In this document: positions 49,791 through 63,850 of the stretch, piece after piece
Position numbering within the stretch: the stretch's first letter is position 1
Layout of the letters: every line of letters starts with the position of its first letter
NCBI GenBank assembly: GCA_964188305.1
Contig: OZ076893.1
Strand: one strand, 5' to 3'
Source: Podarcis bocagei
Taxonomy: Eukaryota
Length of the DNA: 64,000 bases
Notes under the pieces: generated by a model
Seen by the model: only the letters and a program-made list of their open reading frames with translations
What the model was told of the DNA's origin: nothing
Database searches by the model: none
Made by a program: the position numbers and the translations under genes

Positions 49791-51699
49791 AAGCACAGAC
49801 AAGTAGCAAGCCCCATCCCTAGGAGCAACTGAATGGCACAATCCCATCCAGTGCTCATTACCTACTTACTCCCTGTGAAGTCTGGTGGGGCAGAGAAGTG
49901 AGTTGTGCTCAGAAAAAGCAGAAAAGCCACCTCCAAGGATGGTTTTTCTTCGCTCATAAGAGCCTTTAATTGGGAGCCATGCTACCATCTAGTTTGTACT
50001 GGCACAAACAGGAAATTGACTTCCCTCCTTCTCCAAGCTCTGAATTTTCCAATTGCCCCCCCTCCCCAGGTTCATATTGATTTTGGTTGCTTTGTATTTG
50101 GATGGGGGAAAAAACCTACCTTGTTGAAAGGGCAGCTTCTGATCCAAAAAGCGAAACACACAAAGCTCTAATATTTTAAGTGTCACTTTCCCAGCTTCCC
50201 TGTTCTTTCCCTCCCCTCTCTGTCTTTTTCTTCAGTCTTAGGCTCATCATTAGTTCTTTATCCCTGCTGCCAGCTGCAGCCTCTTACGGATTTATATCCA
50301 GATGCACCAACAGGTACCAGGTTAATGCTTGTTTATTAGCAGAGTTCCAGCCATCTGCTCCGTACGCAACAGCTTGTGCTCTCCAGCAGATCTTGGCATT
50401 TCTCAGTGCAGTACCAAAGCAGCCTTAAAAAGAACATCTTCTTTGCAAACTTGTACAAGCAAATAAAGAAAGAGATTCTTTTCCCCCATTCGTGCAGATC
50501 AGGGAAGGAGAAGAATTGAAGTATATATGCTACTCAGATTTGCTCGATTTGCTCTAAATCCATTGCATGAGAAAGGCAATGAATTGGTTCACCCCATTCA
50601 TTTTATACTGAAAATACCAGCATTAAAGATGACTTTCTACCTACCTGTACACTGATTATAACCAGTGTAATCAACTATATCTAACAAAAGCCTTATGCTG
50701 CAGCAAAGTTAGATTTCTAAAGTGTTCTGAAATTTAAACCAGTGGACGGTATGAAACACCCTCCCTGTGTTGGAGGTGTTTATCGGTATTTTAAAACTCT
50801 GATTTTCTCCCCTTCTCTTTCACCTTTCACGGCCTTACAAATTTAACCATCGTTTCAATCAAGAACTTGCCTCCCCAAACCCTAGAACACAGCTCTCCTT
50901 AGTTCAGACAGCGTCTAATAACCAGGGGATGAAACAAACCCTACAAGTTTGAGGCAGGAGGTTTCCAGACCTCACCAGACACAGCTGAAATTAAGAGGGG
51001 AAAAGAGCTAAAACATAGGTTCTCTGTTTGCTGAACCTCAGATCAAACACTTAATCATTAGCAAGTAACAAAGGTTGTTAGAAACTGGATTCTGTACCAA
51101 GCAAAACAGCATTCACCCCAAACAGACAGACATCAATCTTAGGGAAAGGGTAAAAATGGAATAAAAATAAAAAGCAAAACCACCACTGGAGACTTAATTG
51201 TCTTTAATTTGTTAGGATTCAGCATTGATTAATCATTGTATTTCACTCACTTTCCAAAGATATCATGGCAGTGTACATGGAGTTCAATGCTGATGAGATA
51301 GGTTTAGAATAACACCTAATCTGGAAACTTTGGCTCTTTATCATTCAAATTATAAGGAACTACTAAGGGGGCAGGGGAGGTCATTCATAATTACCCAGTG
51401 GAAAGAGTTGGGAATGGCAGTCTTGGATAGAAATGATAAACATTTCTGGAATTTGATCTCAGACACAGGTTTTAATCCTATGTTAGATGCTTTGCATCTT
51501 GGCTAATACTTGGGTGGAATCTACACACATATAAAAACCATTCTGAAAATGCTTTTTTAAAAAGCATTTTTAAAGAATCATTGAATTTCCCATAAGGCTC
51601 GCCATCTAGTGTCACATTGTATATTGCACTTATAACACACTTAAAATGTTTTATTTGCAGCTGTATAGCTGAGTCCTCGGTGTATTTACATCAGTAAAA

Positions 51700-51990
51700 T
51701 CATTGAGCAGCAGTCCTAATGAACCAACTATTACTCAGGACTGGTTAACGCCATTACCAGAATGGCCCCCCATTTCAGAACAAGAAGTGATCTCATAGAT
51801 GCTTTAGTGAATGACCGCTTCAGAGGTTTCTAAGAAAAGCTCTGATTGGTGGTCTCCTCTCCTAGCAAAATTATTTTCTTACATAAACTGGTCTGGCACT
51901 TTCCCCATGGTCTGGAAGCAGAGTATAATCATTCCAATTCACAAGAAAGGTGATAAACATAACCCCCAGATTATAACTATCAGTTTATTA
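51700..51990 (+). mobile_element. Degenerate non-LTR RT N-terminal fragment (RTE-X-like)
   Basis: LPEWPPISEQEV...WWSPLLAKLFSYINWSGTFPMVWKQSIIIPIHKKGDKHNP, the N-terminal part of a non-LTR RT. Confidence 0.7.
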
Positions 51991-54327
51991 GCTTATTGGA
52001 CTAATTGATATAACTCATCCCAGGACTTCCTGGCAGTTTTATTATTATTATTATTGAGTATGGCCAAGTCTGCAGTTGCTGTGTCTTCCCCCCTTAACTT
52101 TTCTCCTTTAGACAACAATTTGTAGCAATTACTGCATGGTTGTTTTGTTGGTGTATTGGTCAATTGAATATACAAGGGGTAATGCTATCATTCAGGTATC
52201 CTGTTCTCTGATAGTATTGGTGGTAGTAGTTGTAGTAATGCAAGAAGAAGTATTCAAGGTCTCCTCAGACCAAAGGATGGAGGCACAAGAGACACTGCTG
52301 TGAGACTTTCTTGTAGTAGAGAGGTGGGAAACCTGTTGCCCTGGACCTGCAGGGAACCCTCAATTTCACACAGCCCATGGCCCAATTTTTCTTGAGTGCC
52401 AAGGAAAACCAAAAGAGAGAAAGGGAGGTGGCATCAAAATATGTGGGTGGATGGAGGACGAAAACAAAGCACTTTTGGCTCTGGGCCTCTCTCATGACTG
52501 GAGTGCAGCCCCCAACAAATTAACCCCCAGACAATGTGGCCTTCAACAGGAGCAACAGCCCATTCCTGATGTAAAGTGTTGCCACAGGTTTCTAGGCAAG
52601 AATGTCTCTAGTGACTTTGTAAAGCAATTAAGGGTTTGGGCCGAAGTGATTGGTTAAGATATTTCTCTGTCTAGGCTCTCTAATGATATTGTTAACAAAG
52701 AGTGAACATCTTAAGCAAGTAAAACAAGTAAGGTTGTGCCTTTGGAAGGCAGTACAAAGGCAGCTGTTCTATGTAGCTTGCGCTATGTATAGTAAAGGTC
52801 AGGAGCCAATTTAATGAGATGCTTGATGCATAGAAAGCAGCTACCTGTGTTATGTTTGGCCCAGGTGGAAACGGCACTGGGGTGTGCATGCATTCAAAGC
52901 AGACTGTGTATGGTTGCAAACCCTTCAAATTTGAGTACTGGGGAAACTACGCTGGTAATTATTTTTAGCAAACCCTGTCTCATATGCAAAATAATTCTGG
53001 GTCCCAGCTTACCGCTATGGAAAATTATGACTCTTCCCAACATTTGCACAGAAATGTCTGAAGTAGGACGGTTTCTGCATTTCACCCCAAGCAAAATTCA
53101 CATTTAATTTGAGGAGTAACATTCATACAAATTCCAGAGAGGAAAACCAGATGGATCAGATCGCCAGGGGATTACTGAGTATCATGGAAATGGCTTCCTT
53201 TATTTTTTTGGCTAGTTCACATAACCAGCCTTTCAATGGAACAGACCTTGGGCAACATTTCCAAAGAACTGAATTCATCTTCTGAATAAAGAAAGCAAAG
53301 AGAGGGCAAAAGAACCACCATCGCAACTGTGGTAGCTTCCCTGGGGTGCTTGGAGAGAGCTCATCAGGATAATGCTTTAGGGTTGCTTTATCTCCCTTCT
53401 TTATTGAATTCAAAGGGCTTTAGATCAGGAGCAAAAGGGTTAATGAATGGTTCTGTGACAAAAATAAAGAAGGATAGCTTAATGACCCCTTCTAGTTCCT
53501 AGATTTTAAGAGAGAGGCACCGCTCTGTCCATACCTCATTTTCAGCACTTTAATCAATGTTACAGTACAGCTATTCCTGACCTTTCATGCCATATGCCCC
53601 CGTGCCACAATGTACTTTATAAGAATAGCTACAATTGGTTCATTAATCACAGGGATCTCCACTAAGATGGAGCATTTACAGAAGAGTCTGCAAGGAGGTC
53701 TGGAAGAGTGTGGATCACAATATTGATAAATTAGCTAATTGTTACACTGCAGACAAAAAAAGAAGGAGGAGGCGAGTACCAATTTTTCAACGCATTGCAG
53801 ACATAAACCAAGGTAGGTCTTAAAAAACAAGGGAAACCATTGACAAGATCTGAGCTTTCCTTTTATATTAAAAGAGCCATATCATTTGTACAACTTAAAG
53901 TGGGTAAGCAATGGAAGACTATTAATTCTAAATGATTCTAGTTGATTTAACAAGAGTGAAAGGTGAGGCTGCACACATTGTTACCCTTGCAAACTTACGG
54001 ATTTGTTTCCTGTGGTGTTGCCAAATAAATGCTTTATGACTGAGCTACAGACATTTCCGGGACATGTTATATTGCTCAGGAGTTGAAGCTAATGGGAGCT
54101 GGCCCAGATGAGTGACTGGACAAGGGACCTCTTGGGAACAAGATAGAAGTGGTGAGGAAGAGCAGCAGATAAGCAAAATATATAATAGCAAAACCAAGCA
54201 AAGTATAATAGCACATTGAAACAAATAATAAATCTTGTAAAGTAGATATTTTCATGAATTCCATGCAAGACTACCCCAGTGCCTCCAGGAGTGCACTCAG
54301 ATTACTGAACCAGCTTGGCAGTGGCAA

Positions 54328-54716
54328 AGACGCAGGTGGTGCTGTGGTCTAAACCACTGAGCCTCTTGGGCTTGCTGATCAGAAGGTCGGCAGTTTGAAT
54401 CCCTGTGATGGGGTGAGCTCCTGTGGTCTGTCCCAACTCCTGCCAACCTAGCAGTTCGAAAGCACACCAGCACAAGTAGATAAATAGGTACCACTGCGGC
54501 GGGAAGGTAAATGATGTTTCCGTGAACTCTGGTTTCCGTTACGGTGTCCCGTTGCACCAGAAGCAGTTTAGTCATGCTGGCCACATGACCCGGGAAGCTG
54601 TCTGTGGACAAACACTGAAAGCGAGACTGAAAGCGAGATGACTGCCGCAACCCCATAGTCTCCTTTGACTGAAATTAACTGTCCAGGGGGTCCTTTACCT
54701 TTTTTTTTTACCTTTA
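54328..54716 (+). mobile_element. Sauria SINE
   Basis: Head gacgcaggtggtgctgtggtctaaacc; tail cctttacc...taccttta. Confidence 0.88.
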
Positions 54717-56368
54717 TGGTCCACTCTGACTAGAAACATCTTTTCAAAATCTCAGAACAAGGCTCTGTTCCACTCCCACTAGCAAAGATGACTCAACCCA
54801 GGACTTTCTGCATGTGTCCTACTACTGAACTATGGCCACTCCCCATAGAGCGGGATGGGGGGGGGATCTCCATGACATCAGGTGAGGGAGCAGGGCTTTA
54901 AAGGAACAATTGGGAGCTCGGGAAACCCAGCCAAGGTGGGTGGGGTATAAATAATAAATTAATAATAATAATAATACTTATAGTGTGCCCCTGGTGGCTC
55001 TTTTGCTAGATCAAGGCATGTTCCCAATTGTCTGTCAGCTGATGGGCAGTCAGAGCATGCCTTGCTCAAGGGAGGGGAAATGGTTTCCTTTCAGCTTTTT
55101 CCTCCCAGGTCTGCTCTTTGAAGCAACTGCTTTGAAGGAGACGCTTCTTTAAAAGTCCAAAAATCAGAAGTTTCAAGTAGTGGAGGGGCTTGCAAAGCAT
55201 AAGTCTGGCCATGCCCCTTGCACTGTGGTTCTTCCCAAGTTCAAGGGATTTTGACCAGTGTGCAGGACTTGTCAATCATCTTACATCCTAATACATCACA
55301 TCAGAAAGGGTTCTCCACCCCTACCACATAGAACGTCATGTATGAACTGAAGCTGAAGTACTTATTTCCATGATTGAATTGGCAGTTTTCAATCACTGTG
55401 AGTCACTTCCAGGACACGGTGACTATATATATGGAGACTAGAACCATGATCATACAGGATGTATGTGTGAATGCATCCTTGGGAAGCACTATACAAAACC
55501 AAAATGGAGTCAGCCAAACTATTCCAGAAACTTCTGAAGAATCTTTATTACAGTGCATATCCACTGAATTTGGCGGCTGCAGTTTTCAAAATACAGTATA
55601 AAGTTCAAATGCTTCTAGTTCCCAAATCAACAAAAAAGACCTTATTAACCTGATAGGGTTAATATAATCCATCTCATAAATGCCAGGAAGTTCTAACAAA
55701 AAATGTCTTCTGGATAGTGAATTAATTTATTCTCTGGGGTTGCGAGCCTTATCTAGCAATATATCCCTTCATGTACATATATGGGGGGGGGGGAATAAAC
55801 ATATGAAAAGTGCATTTTGAACAAACTAAGAAACAAAGCACTTTGTTTTCAAATAAGCATAGGACCACATCTAAGGAGGAGCTTGTACAATTTGACAGAG
55901 AGGCAGGGTGATCAGCTGTCATGCAGCCACATTGGATTTCTATCACTGCAAGGTGTCAAACAGCTATATGCAACTATTGTGCTGATAATAATCTGATGGT
56001 GGCTAAATTGTGGGTGAGGGGTGGAAGGAATCCCAGAAAATACTTTTTTTTAAAAAAAAGAAGAAGAATGTGTCTGCCTTGACATTTATAGAATGCTCTT
56101 TGAATGTCACTGACTTTTTTTGGCTAAGGTGATTCTTTTTCTATCAATATTCTTATCATGTTATTCTAGACAGGCTACATAAAAGACTATTTTCAAGCTT
56201 AGTAATCTCTCCTCTCAGAGAGGCAGAGTATTGGGCTAAGTCACAGGTGCACCATTCAACATTTCATCTTTTTTCTAAGTGATCAATGGGACTTGGACTA
56301 CCCATGTAGCCAAAAGTGTGGTATAAAGTCCTGAGGAAATTTAGTAGATTGTATCACTTAAGAGTGCA

Positions 56369-56372
<4 letters not shown>

Positions 56373-56412
<40 letters not shown>
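56373..56412. repeat. (GA)n microsatellite
   Basis: Directly visible. Confidence 0.95.
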
Positions 56413-56414
<2 letters not shown>

Positions 56415-56723
56415 ATGCACAGGTACAGAAAGATGCCACATTACATAGGGGGTGTCATTTAAAAATGCCCCCCCCCATTAAAAAAGCAAAGAAAATCCAA
56501 AACTCCATCCCATAATAAAATTAGCTTAATAAGAGGAAAGGTTCTAGTCTCCATCTGCCCTTGTAGCTTCCTGCTCTCAGGAAGATTTTCATGAAGCAGA
56601 GCCTTCCAAATTATGCTGTTTCCAACCCCCCTCAGCCAGTAATCAAATATCTCATGATTAATGTTATTTCTCCCTTAATAGTGACTTGCAGCTGAATATG
56701 TAATCTGCTTCCATTTAAATGTA

Positions 56724-56965
56724 CAGTGGTACCTCAGGTTAAGAACTTAATTCGTTCTGGAGGTCCATTCTTAACCTGAAACTGTTCTTAACCTGAAGCT
56801 CCACTTTAGCTAATGGGGCCTCCCGCTGCCGCCGTGCCACCACTGTGTGATTTCTGTTCTCATCCTGAAGCAAAGTTCTTAACCCGAGGTACTGTTTCTG
56901 GGTTAGTGGAGTCTGTAACCTGAAGCGTCTATAACCTGAAGAATCTGTAACCTGAGGTACCACTG
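56724..56965 (-). mobile_element. Tc1/mariner MITE (CAGTGGTACCTC family)
   Basis: TIRs and TA flanks. Confidence 0.9.
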
Positions 56966-57007
56966 TATTTGGGGACATTCTAGCCAAAGTTAGTTGTAAC
57001 TGAGCCC

Positions 57008-57187
57008 CAGGGGAGCCAACTTGAATAAAATACTGGGTGAGTCCAAGTAAACTCCACCCCACATAACTGATCACAAGACACGGAACATGCACACCATTTG
57101 AATGGCAGTGCCCATCAACTTTGGGGGCCCCTCAAATATTTTATTTGGGGGGGAAGTGTCCTTAGCCTCCAAGAGTTGGCTCCTATG
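57008..57187. mobile_element. hAT-like MITE
   Basis: Imperfect TIRs caggggagccaact / agttggctcctatg. Confidence 0.5.
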
Positions 57188-57288
57188 TTCAGACCTACTC
57201 CTGGAGTTGCTTGACTGCTGCATCAGCTTCTGTGGCTCCCCCCCCCCCCCCGCCAGTGACACAGAAAGCCAATTGTGACATACTAGTG

Positions 57289-57413
57289 AGTGCAGGTGAC
57301 GCTGTGGGTTAAACCACAGAGCCTAGGGCTTGCCAATCAGAAGGTGGACAGTCTGAATTCCTGCAACAGGGTGAGCTCCTGTTGTTCAGTCCCAGCTCCT
57401 GCCAACCTAGCAG
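57289..57413 (+). mobile_element. Sauria SINE 5' fragment
   Basis: Matches the head of other copies up to cctgccaacctagcag. Confidence 0.75.
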
Positions 57414-58103
57414 GAAGATGGCACTCCACAACTTCAGATGATTGTTTCAGATTATGTCTGGCAGAATATCTCTTATAATATTCTGCTGTTTTTCATAGTG
57501 CCATAGTGGTGGAAATGATCCTCACTAACCCAGAGAGATCTAAATTCTCTTTGGTGTCAAACTTAGTAAGTCTGTTTCTCCAATTTCAAATTATATCTGG
57601 TCCACTAGAATGGCAATGGAGAAACCTGTGTCAGAGGATATGCTTCCAGAAACACCTGGATCAGAGAGGATATTTGCAGGGGAGATATAGTGGGCAGGTG
57701 GAGGATGCTTTAACCACCCAACACTTTTCATGTGTAACTCTTGCTGCTCCTCACACACATCTCATTATTTGCACAAATTCTTAGGTGCCTATTACCGGCA
57801 TGGGTGGAAAAAACATATAGGATAAGAAGTTGAAGATGAATAATCCATCTGGAAAAGTTTATGTGCCATCCCTCATCCCCACCATATCTCCTCTAGGAAT
57901 CTCCCTCCCCATTCTCTACTTTACACATTTGGCAGAAAACAAATAATCTGGAATCCCATGTTTGGCGTGTAACATGTAGTTCAGCCCTTTGGCGCTATGA
58001 GAAAGTCATAAAGTCATGCATTTACTAGGGGAAATGGATGTGACAGCCTATTAATTGTACATATGTATAGTGACACTTAATGCTTTGCTAAACATAACAT
58101 AAA

Positions 58104-58140
58104 GGTCAAGAAGAGTCAGACACAACTAAACGACAACAAA
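58104..58140 (+). mobile_element. Very short BovB 3' end
   Basis: ggtcaagaagagtcagacacaactaaacgacaac resembles 40553-40595. Confidence 0.55.
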
Positions 58141-59187
58141 ACACAGCACAAAAAAAGATTCCCTATTGCAACAATACAGCTCTACATGGGAATACTGTTT
58201 TCCCACATATCATCACACACACCCATGTGTTTAATGTTTGCAACACACAAATACTGTGTTCACCTCTTGCAGGGAATTCCACTGACAGGTAGAGGAAAGA
58301 AACAAATGAAACAATTCTGCTACACAGCCCCAAGGTACAGAGAGATGGACTATTTTTGCAGCCCTGACATAAGCGTGAAAGCTGGAATCTCCAGATTTTC
58401 CTTTCAGTGCCACAAAAACGCACACAGAAACACTCGCTGCAATTTCTCTATAATTTATCCCCCAAAGTATTCCAACTGTCTTATTGCTGGTTAGTATTTG
58501 AAGTGGATCTGAAAATTAAATCACTATTGATCCACCGTTCCCATCCCCTTCTACATGTTCAGTTCTGTCTATGAAAAAACAAAAGCATTATTATTTGCTC
58601 TGGAAAATTAAAGAGAAACCAAACTCAGCTTCTTGTCCTTCAGCCTATATTTGCTGTATATTTGCTGGCATGATGAGTAGTATACTAGCTCTGCCATTTC
58701 ATTGGCTTATGGTCACATCTCTCAAAAAGCACAACTAATGGTGAGCCAGCTATTCCCGTTCCACAAGCACCCGCCTCCAGCAGATTTATTGCTGCTCTCA
58801 GTGAAATGAATGTTCTTATGAAGCAGTAAACAGGTTTAAATATCATTTCTTTTATTCCCGTGCCTTGGTGCAAAAGAATTGATTGATTTTTTTTCTTTTG
58901 AAAAACACATCTTTCAAAGTGGCATCGAACTGTCAGTAGACTCCCCTCCCCCTTCAAACTCGATGAAAAACAGACAGGGTAGTTTTCCAGGTTTGGCACA
59001 TAAAATTAGGCACAGAGGCTGACAATAGAAAACAGCTGCCCACATTGTTAGCAGAGCAGGACAGGACCGGAGAATTCATGCATTTGACATTCATATTTCA
59101 GGCACAGTATATACAATATACAATGCCTGTAATACACACAGAAAATGTATAAGTCTAATATCTTGGAATTGCTTTCTGCTGCAGTTC

Positions 59188-59241
<54 letters not shown>
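59188..59241. repeat. (TAT)n microsatellite
   Basis: Directly visible; explains the poly-N/L/I ORFs. Confidence 0.95.
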
Positions 59242-59242
<1 letters not shown>

Positions 59243-59788
59243 TTGTGAGAAAGACAAGGAATGCAACAAATCCCTTCTTGATGATCAAGACAAGCGACAG
59301 AAAGCAAAAATTGTAGCAGGAAAGTAGAATCAGCAGTGGAAGTAGCATGGCTTCTTTCTTTTTCCTGATATTTTCCTGTCCCCTTCCCTTCCCTTCTGCT
59401 ATTGCAACTTTCTTGACAGTCTTCCCACTCTCCCCTTCCCAAAGAAGCTCAACTCTGCCACCCCCAAAGCTCAGTGATTGCTGGTGAGGGAACAGCTGAT
59501 AGGTGGCCTGTTAGACTCATGGGGCTGTTAGCCTCTGGGCAATCCTCCCCCCCCCCAAAATTTCAACAAGTCAGGCCAATTTCCCCCCATTTTCTTAATT
59601 TGGGGTCCCCAAAAATAGGGGGCATCCTATACATGGGGGCATCCAATACACGGAAAAATAGGGTATACTGGTGAGAAAAAAGGGAAATCTGAGCAAATTT
59701 TTCAAGAAAATGTCTTTGGAGAAATTTCAACTTTGCTCTAACCCATACTCACAGTAGCCACTGGGCACAAACAGCACTTGCCTTACAC

Positions 59789-60299
59789 CAGTGGTTTTCA
59801 GCCAGTGTGCCGTGGCACCCTGGGGTACTTTGAATGATGGTCAGGGTGCTGCAGGCAACACTGGGCTCCATCCCTCTTTCCTTCCCTTCCTCCGCTGATG
59901 CCCTCTTGCATCTCTGCCTCCCAAAGGCTTGCACAGTTGTTCGTTGCAACAGCCCTGGCTACAAGTTCCCCAGGTGAATGGTGCCTCTGGCGGTGGCCAA
60001 GGGGTACTTCCCAGGCCCCGGTGGGGCAGTGTGAGGAGGAACCTCTCTTTGAGGCAGTGTGGGGCAGCTCAGAGACCAGGGGCGGCAGCAGCAACTGCCC
60101 AGAGGACTCCCAAGGAGAAGGAAGAGGAGAGGAGGGTGAGGGAACACTCCACAAGGGAGGGTGTTTGAAAAGGGGTGAGGGGTTGCCAGCTCTACAGGCA
60201 AGGGGTGACATAACTGGGCTCCTGAGCCCCACATGGGTGCCACAGAAAGAAGGTAGTTGGTCAAGGGAGCTGTGGACCCTAAAAGGTTGAAAACCTCTG
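59789..60299 (-). mobile_element. Intact non-autonomous hAT element, 511 bp
   Basis: Termini CAGTGGTTTTCAGCC / GGTTGAAAACCTCTG; perfect 8-bp TSD ccttacac (59781-59788, 60300-60307). Confidence 0.92.
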
Positions 60300-61290
60300 C
60301 CTTACACCAATTAAAGTTCAGTTGACATAGCTGAAAAAGATTAACAAATTAAGTGCCTTAATGCAACATAGGAGCTACTTGTCCTTGGCGATAGCCTACA
60401 ATCTGCTGTGGTCTATCATATACTACCACCATCTACTGGATTCTAGAGGAAGCAAAAGGGTGAATGTATTAGATCTGGAGCGGGGAATCTTTTTCAGCCA
60501 AAGGGCTACATTCCCTCATAGTGGCCACATGCCAAAGGCAGACATGACCAGACACACAGGTCAATATGGCCAGAGGCAAACAGGTGAGGAACAATGGATG
60601 TGACATTTACCTTTGTACAGTTGGTTGTATTTCAACCACACAAAAGCCAGAGGTTTCATCCACATCTCTCGCAGCATCCACCCAAGTGCAAAAACCGAAT
60701 CCAAAACAGCAGACATCTGCCTATTGAAGTCCCCACACCCTTACAATGCCAAACATCTAATGAGCCCACCATCCAGTTAGCAAAAGGTGTCCTGCACCAT
60801 GCATGCATTTTTTGGCTTGGAATATACAATTTACTCTCATCCCCCCCCCCCCGATTGTGCATTTAGGGCCAATGTCTGCTGGACATAGGCCATGCTGCAG
60901 ATGACAGCTACATGTGGAGGCCAAGCACAATGGGAGTATAGAGCCAGCATATGCAATCCTGCTCTTCTCACACATACATTTTTGAAAACCATCCGAGACA
61001 AACATTTGGTTGCTAATATGATCATCTTGTGACATCAGTCGTTGCCTAGAATTGTGTTGCTAAACCAAATTACAAGATTTGCAGTTGCAGCACCTTGAAG
61101 GGCCATTGCTTGGTGGAAGCTACACCAGAAGGACTGGGAGCAAGACATTTCTCTTGGGAGGAGTCAAGTTCTCCAGTCAATGAGTCAGTCAGACTCATTT
61201 CAGTCGCCTCACACCCAACATCCCGGCTCTGTTAGCTGCCACCTGTCCATGAAAAAGAGGCCATATTCACTTAGAAAATCACATTCCAAA

Positions 61291-61360
61291 CTGCTTGGCA
61301 GGGGGTTGGACTCGATGGCCCTTGTGGTCTCTTCCAACTCTATGATTCTATGATTCTATG
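61291..61360 (+). mobile_element. CR1 extreme 3' end
   Basis: Reverse complement of ~35858-35926, with (ATTCTATG)n. Confidence 0.9.
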
Positions 61361-63850
61361 CTACCCCTTGTACAAACAGAGAGAAAAGAGAGGCAAAGTG
61401 TTTCAGTGCTGATGGATTCTTCAGTTTCAGACTGACTGTGCTAAATTTAAAATTCAGAGACCAGCAACAGTCAGAGGAACAGAACTGAGCTACTACACTA
61501 TTTAATGCCAGATGTGCTGAATGAATGCTGAATTAACAGTCAGCAGTTAGTAAGTTGTTCAGCAATTTAACATAAATTTGCACTCATTTGCATGGAGGGA
61601 AAAGCTCCTTTCATGTGCCACCATTATTGCTCTGCAACCCTACATCCAAAGACATTAGGACAAGGTGAAAGATTCCTGATGCCACTTTAAATTCTAATCC
61701 ACTAATTCACAAATTCCCCAATCCCTCAGGGATTCCCTGACATGGGTTGGAGTCATGGATGGGGCAAGAACAGCATGGAAAAGGAGGGGGATAGCTATGC
61801 CACCAAATCCTAACTTCCCCCATTTCAAAAACACAATAGAAATCTATAGATCATGGGAAAGACAAAATAAGACTCATTTTATCCCAACTCCCAAGCTGGG
61901 GACCATTTGAATGCTTGGGGCAGCCCACAGACATTAACTACCTCATCCTAGTAGGAATGGGAATACAAGGTTGTTCTGTAACCAACAAAAGATGCAAAAT
62001 CTTGGTGGCCTTCTGCCTAATTCGAGAAAGGGCTAATCCAAGCTCAAACTTCATGTAGGCCATCAAGGTTTCAGTAAATTGTTATTTTCCAATTATAAAT
62101 ATGACTTAGGCAGGACATGTATTTATATCACCAGGGATTTTGATTCACCACTCAGGCAATTTCTAGAGTCACCCATCTTGACTCGTCATTGCCAAATAAA
62201 TGGGATAACTTCAAGATGAATCTCTGCCTGCTTTCTCCTATTCACAGTCCCTTTTTAATACATTGTATGACAGGGGAAATCATCCAGCTAGTTCTTTTGA
62301 GCTTTTCCTAGCTAGTGCTAGCTAAGCTGTCACCTTGTGTTTGTTTGCCAAAGAGATGCTCTTCCCTCCAAGGGGAGATCTGCTGCCTGCTGGCGATAGA
62401 GATGTAAATGGGGAGGACACCACAAGTGTGAAAGGACATGCAGCACATAAGCTGAGATATGAGAGAGCCAATTAAGAGGGTCTAAAGGAGTGAAGGGGGA
62501 ATGGCAACAATTATGAGTTTGGTTCTGAGAATCATCTGAAGCGTGCTTATTTATTTCGAGCACTCTACGAGAGAATGGCCAGTCTGAGAGAGAGGAGAAA
62601 TGAAAAGCCACTCTGAAGGGGAAGCCAAGGTTTTCGTAGTTCTGTCGTAGTTGCATCAGTGTCAACACAGTCTTAGAAAAGTTAATTCCTGGACACTCAA
62701 GAGCTTCTGACATTCCTGATACAACACCTTTGGGCAGAGTTGGGGAGGTTATAATTGTTAGGCTACAACTCCCATCAGCCTCACCTAACATGGTCAATGG
62801 TCTGGGTGTGCCGGTTTCTTTGAGGAAAGCCATGACTGTTAAAGTAGAATGATACTGATTGAAATGGGGCCAAAGAAAAGAGGGATTAGAATAGACACAG
62901 AAAGAAATGGGTGGAACACTTTTGACTCAGGCTCCGCCCACTGCCTACATGTAGCCCTCCAGTAGATGACATTTGAGGGAATTCAGACTTTAACTGAAGA
63001 AAAGAGGAGCCTTGTAGCTCTGAGGAAATACAGCCTTACAGTTGTGTGAAATTAAAATCCCTCCAGAAGCTTTATGAGTTGGACAAATGCATCACATTTG
63101 CTCGTAAAATGAGCCGCATATTTGTATTCACCTGCTGTAAATTGTCTTTAAGAACGAACAACAACCCTAGGCAAAAATGCTTTTTTTGGAAGCAGAACAG
63201 TGCATCGTTTGTACAAAATGGGCCTTTATCAATCCACAGATTGCAGAAAGCAAACTTATCAAAATGTCCCGTATGTGTTTGCACACCATTATGGCAGAGC
63301 TTAGCAAACAACTGGATGTTTACCTTCCCAATTAATTGCATTCTTAACCTTCCTAAATGGGCAGAAAAAATAGCAATCCTGTATCACATGGCTCTGTAAA
63401 CCAGATTTCATCTAGTTGTGGAAATAGGTGGCAGCTAATTAAGCAGTGCAGTAAATGAATTTTTATCTGATGTATTTATAGCCATTAGGTGCATTGCTAT
63501 TAACAAGGTTTTTTATCATGTATTTTCATGCCTTGTAGCTCAATAAATTTCATAAAGCATAGCATATAAAAAAGAAAGAGAGAAAGATTATAAACTTTGC
63601 AATAAACTGTCATTCAATTAATTTACAATGGTCTTTTAATTATAAGACTGCAAGTATTTATTTCATTATCATCATCATCATCATCATCTGGTGGCATATT
63701 CAGTGAATTTCCAGAAAATCAATGGACTGAAGTTAGTCATCACACACCCACATACACCATTCACCCACAACATTCATATAAATCAGTATTTCCCAACCTT
63801 TCTCTGACCGTGGCCCCCTTCCAACCTTGTTTCCTTCCTGTGGCCCCCCT

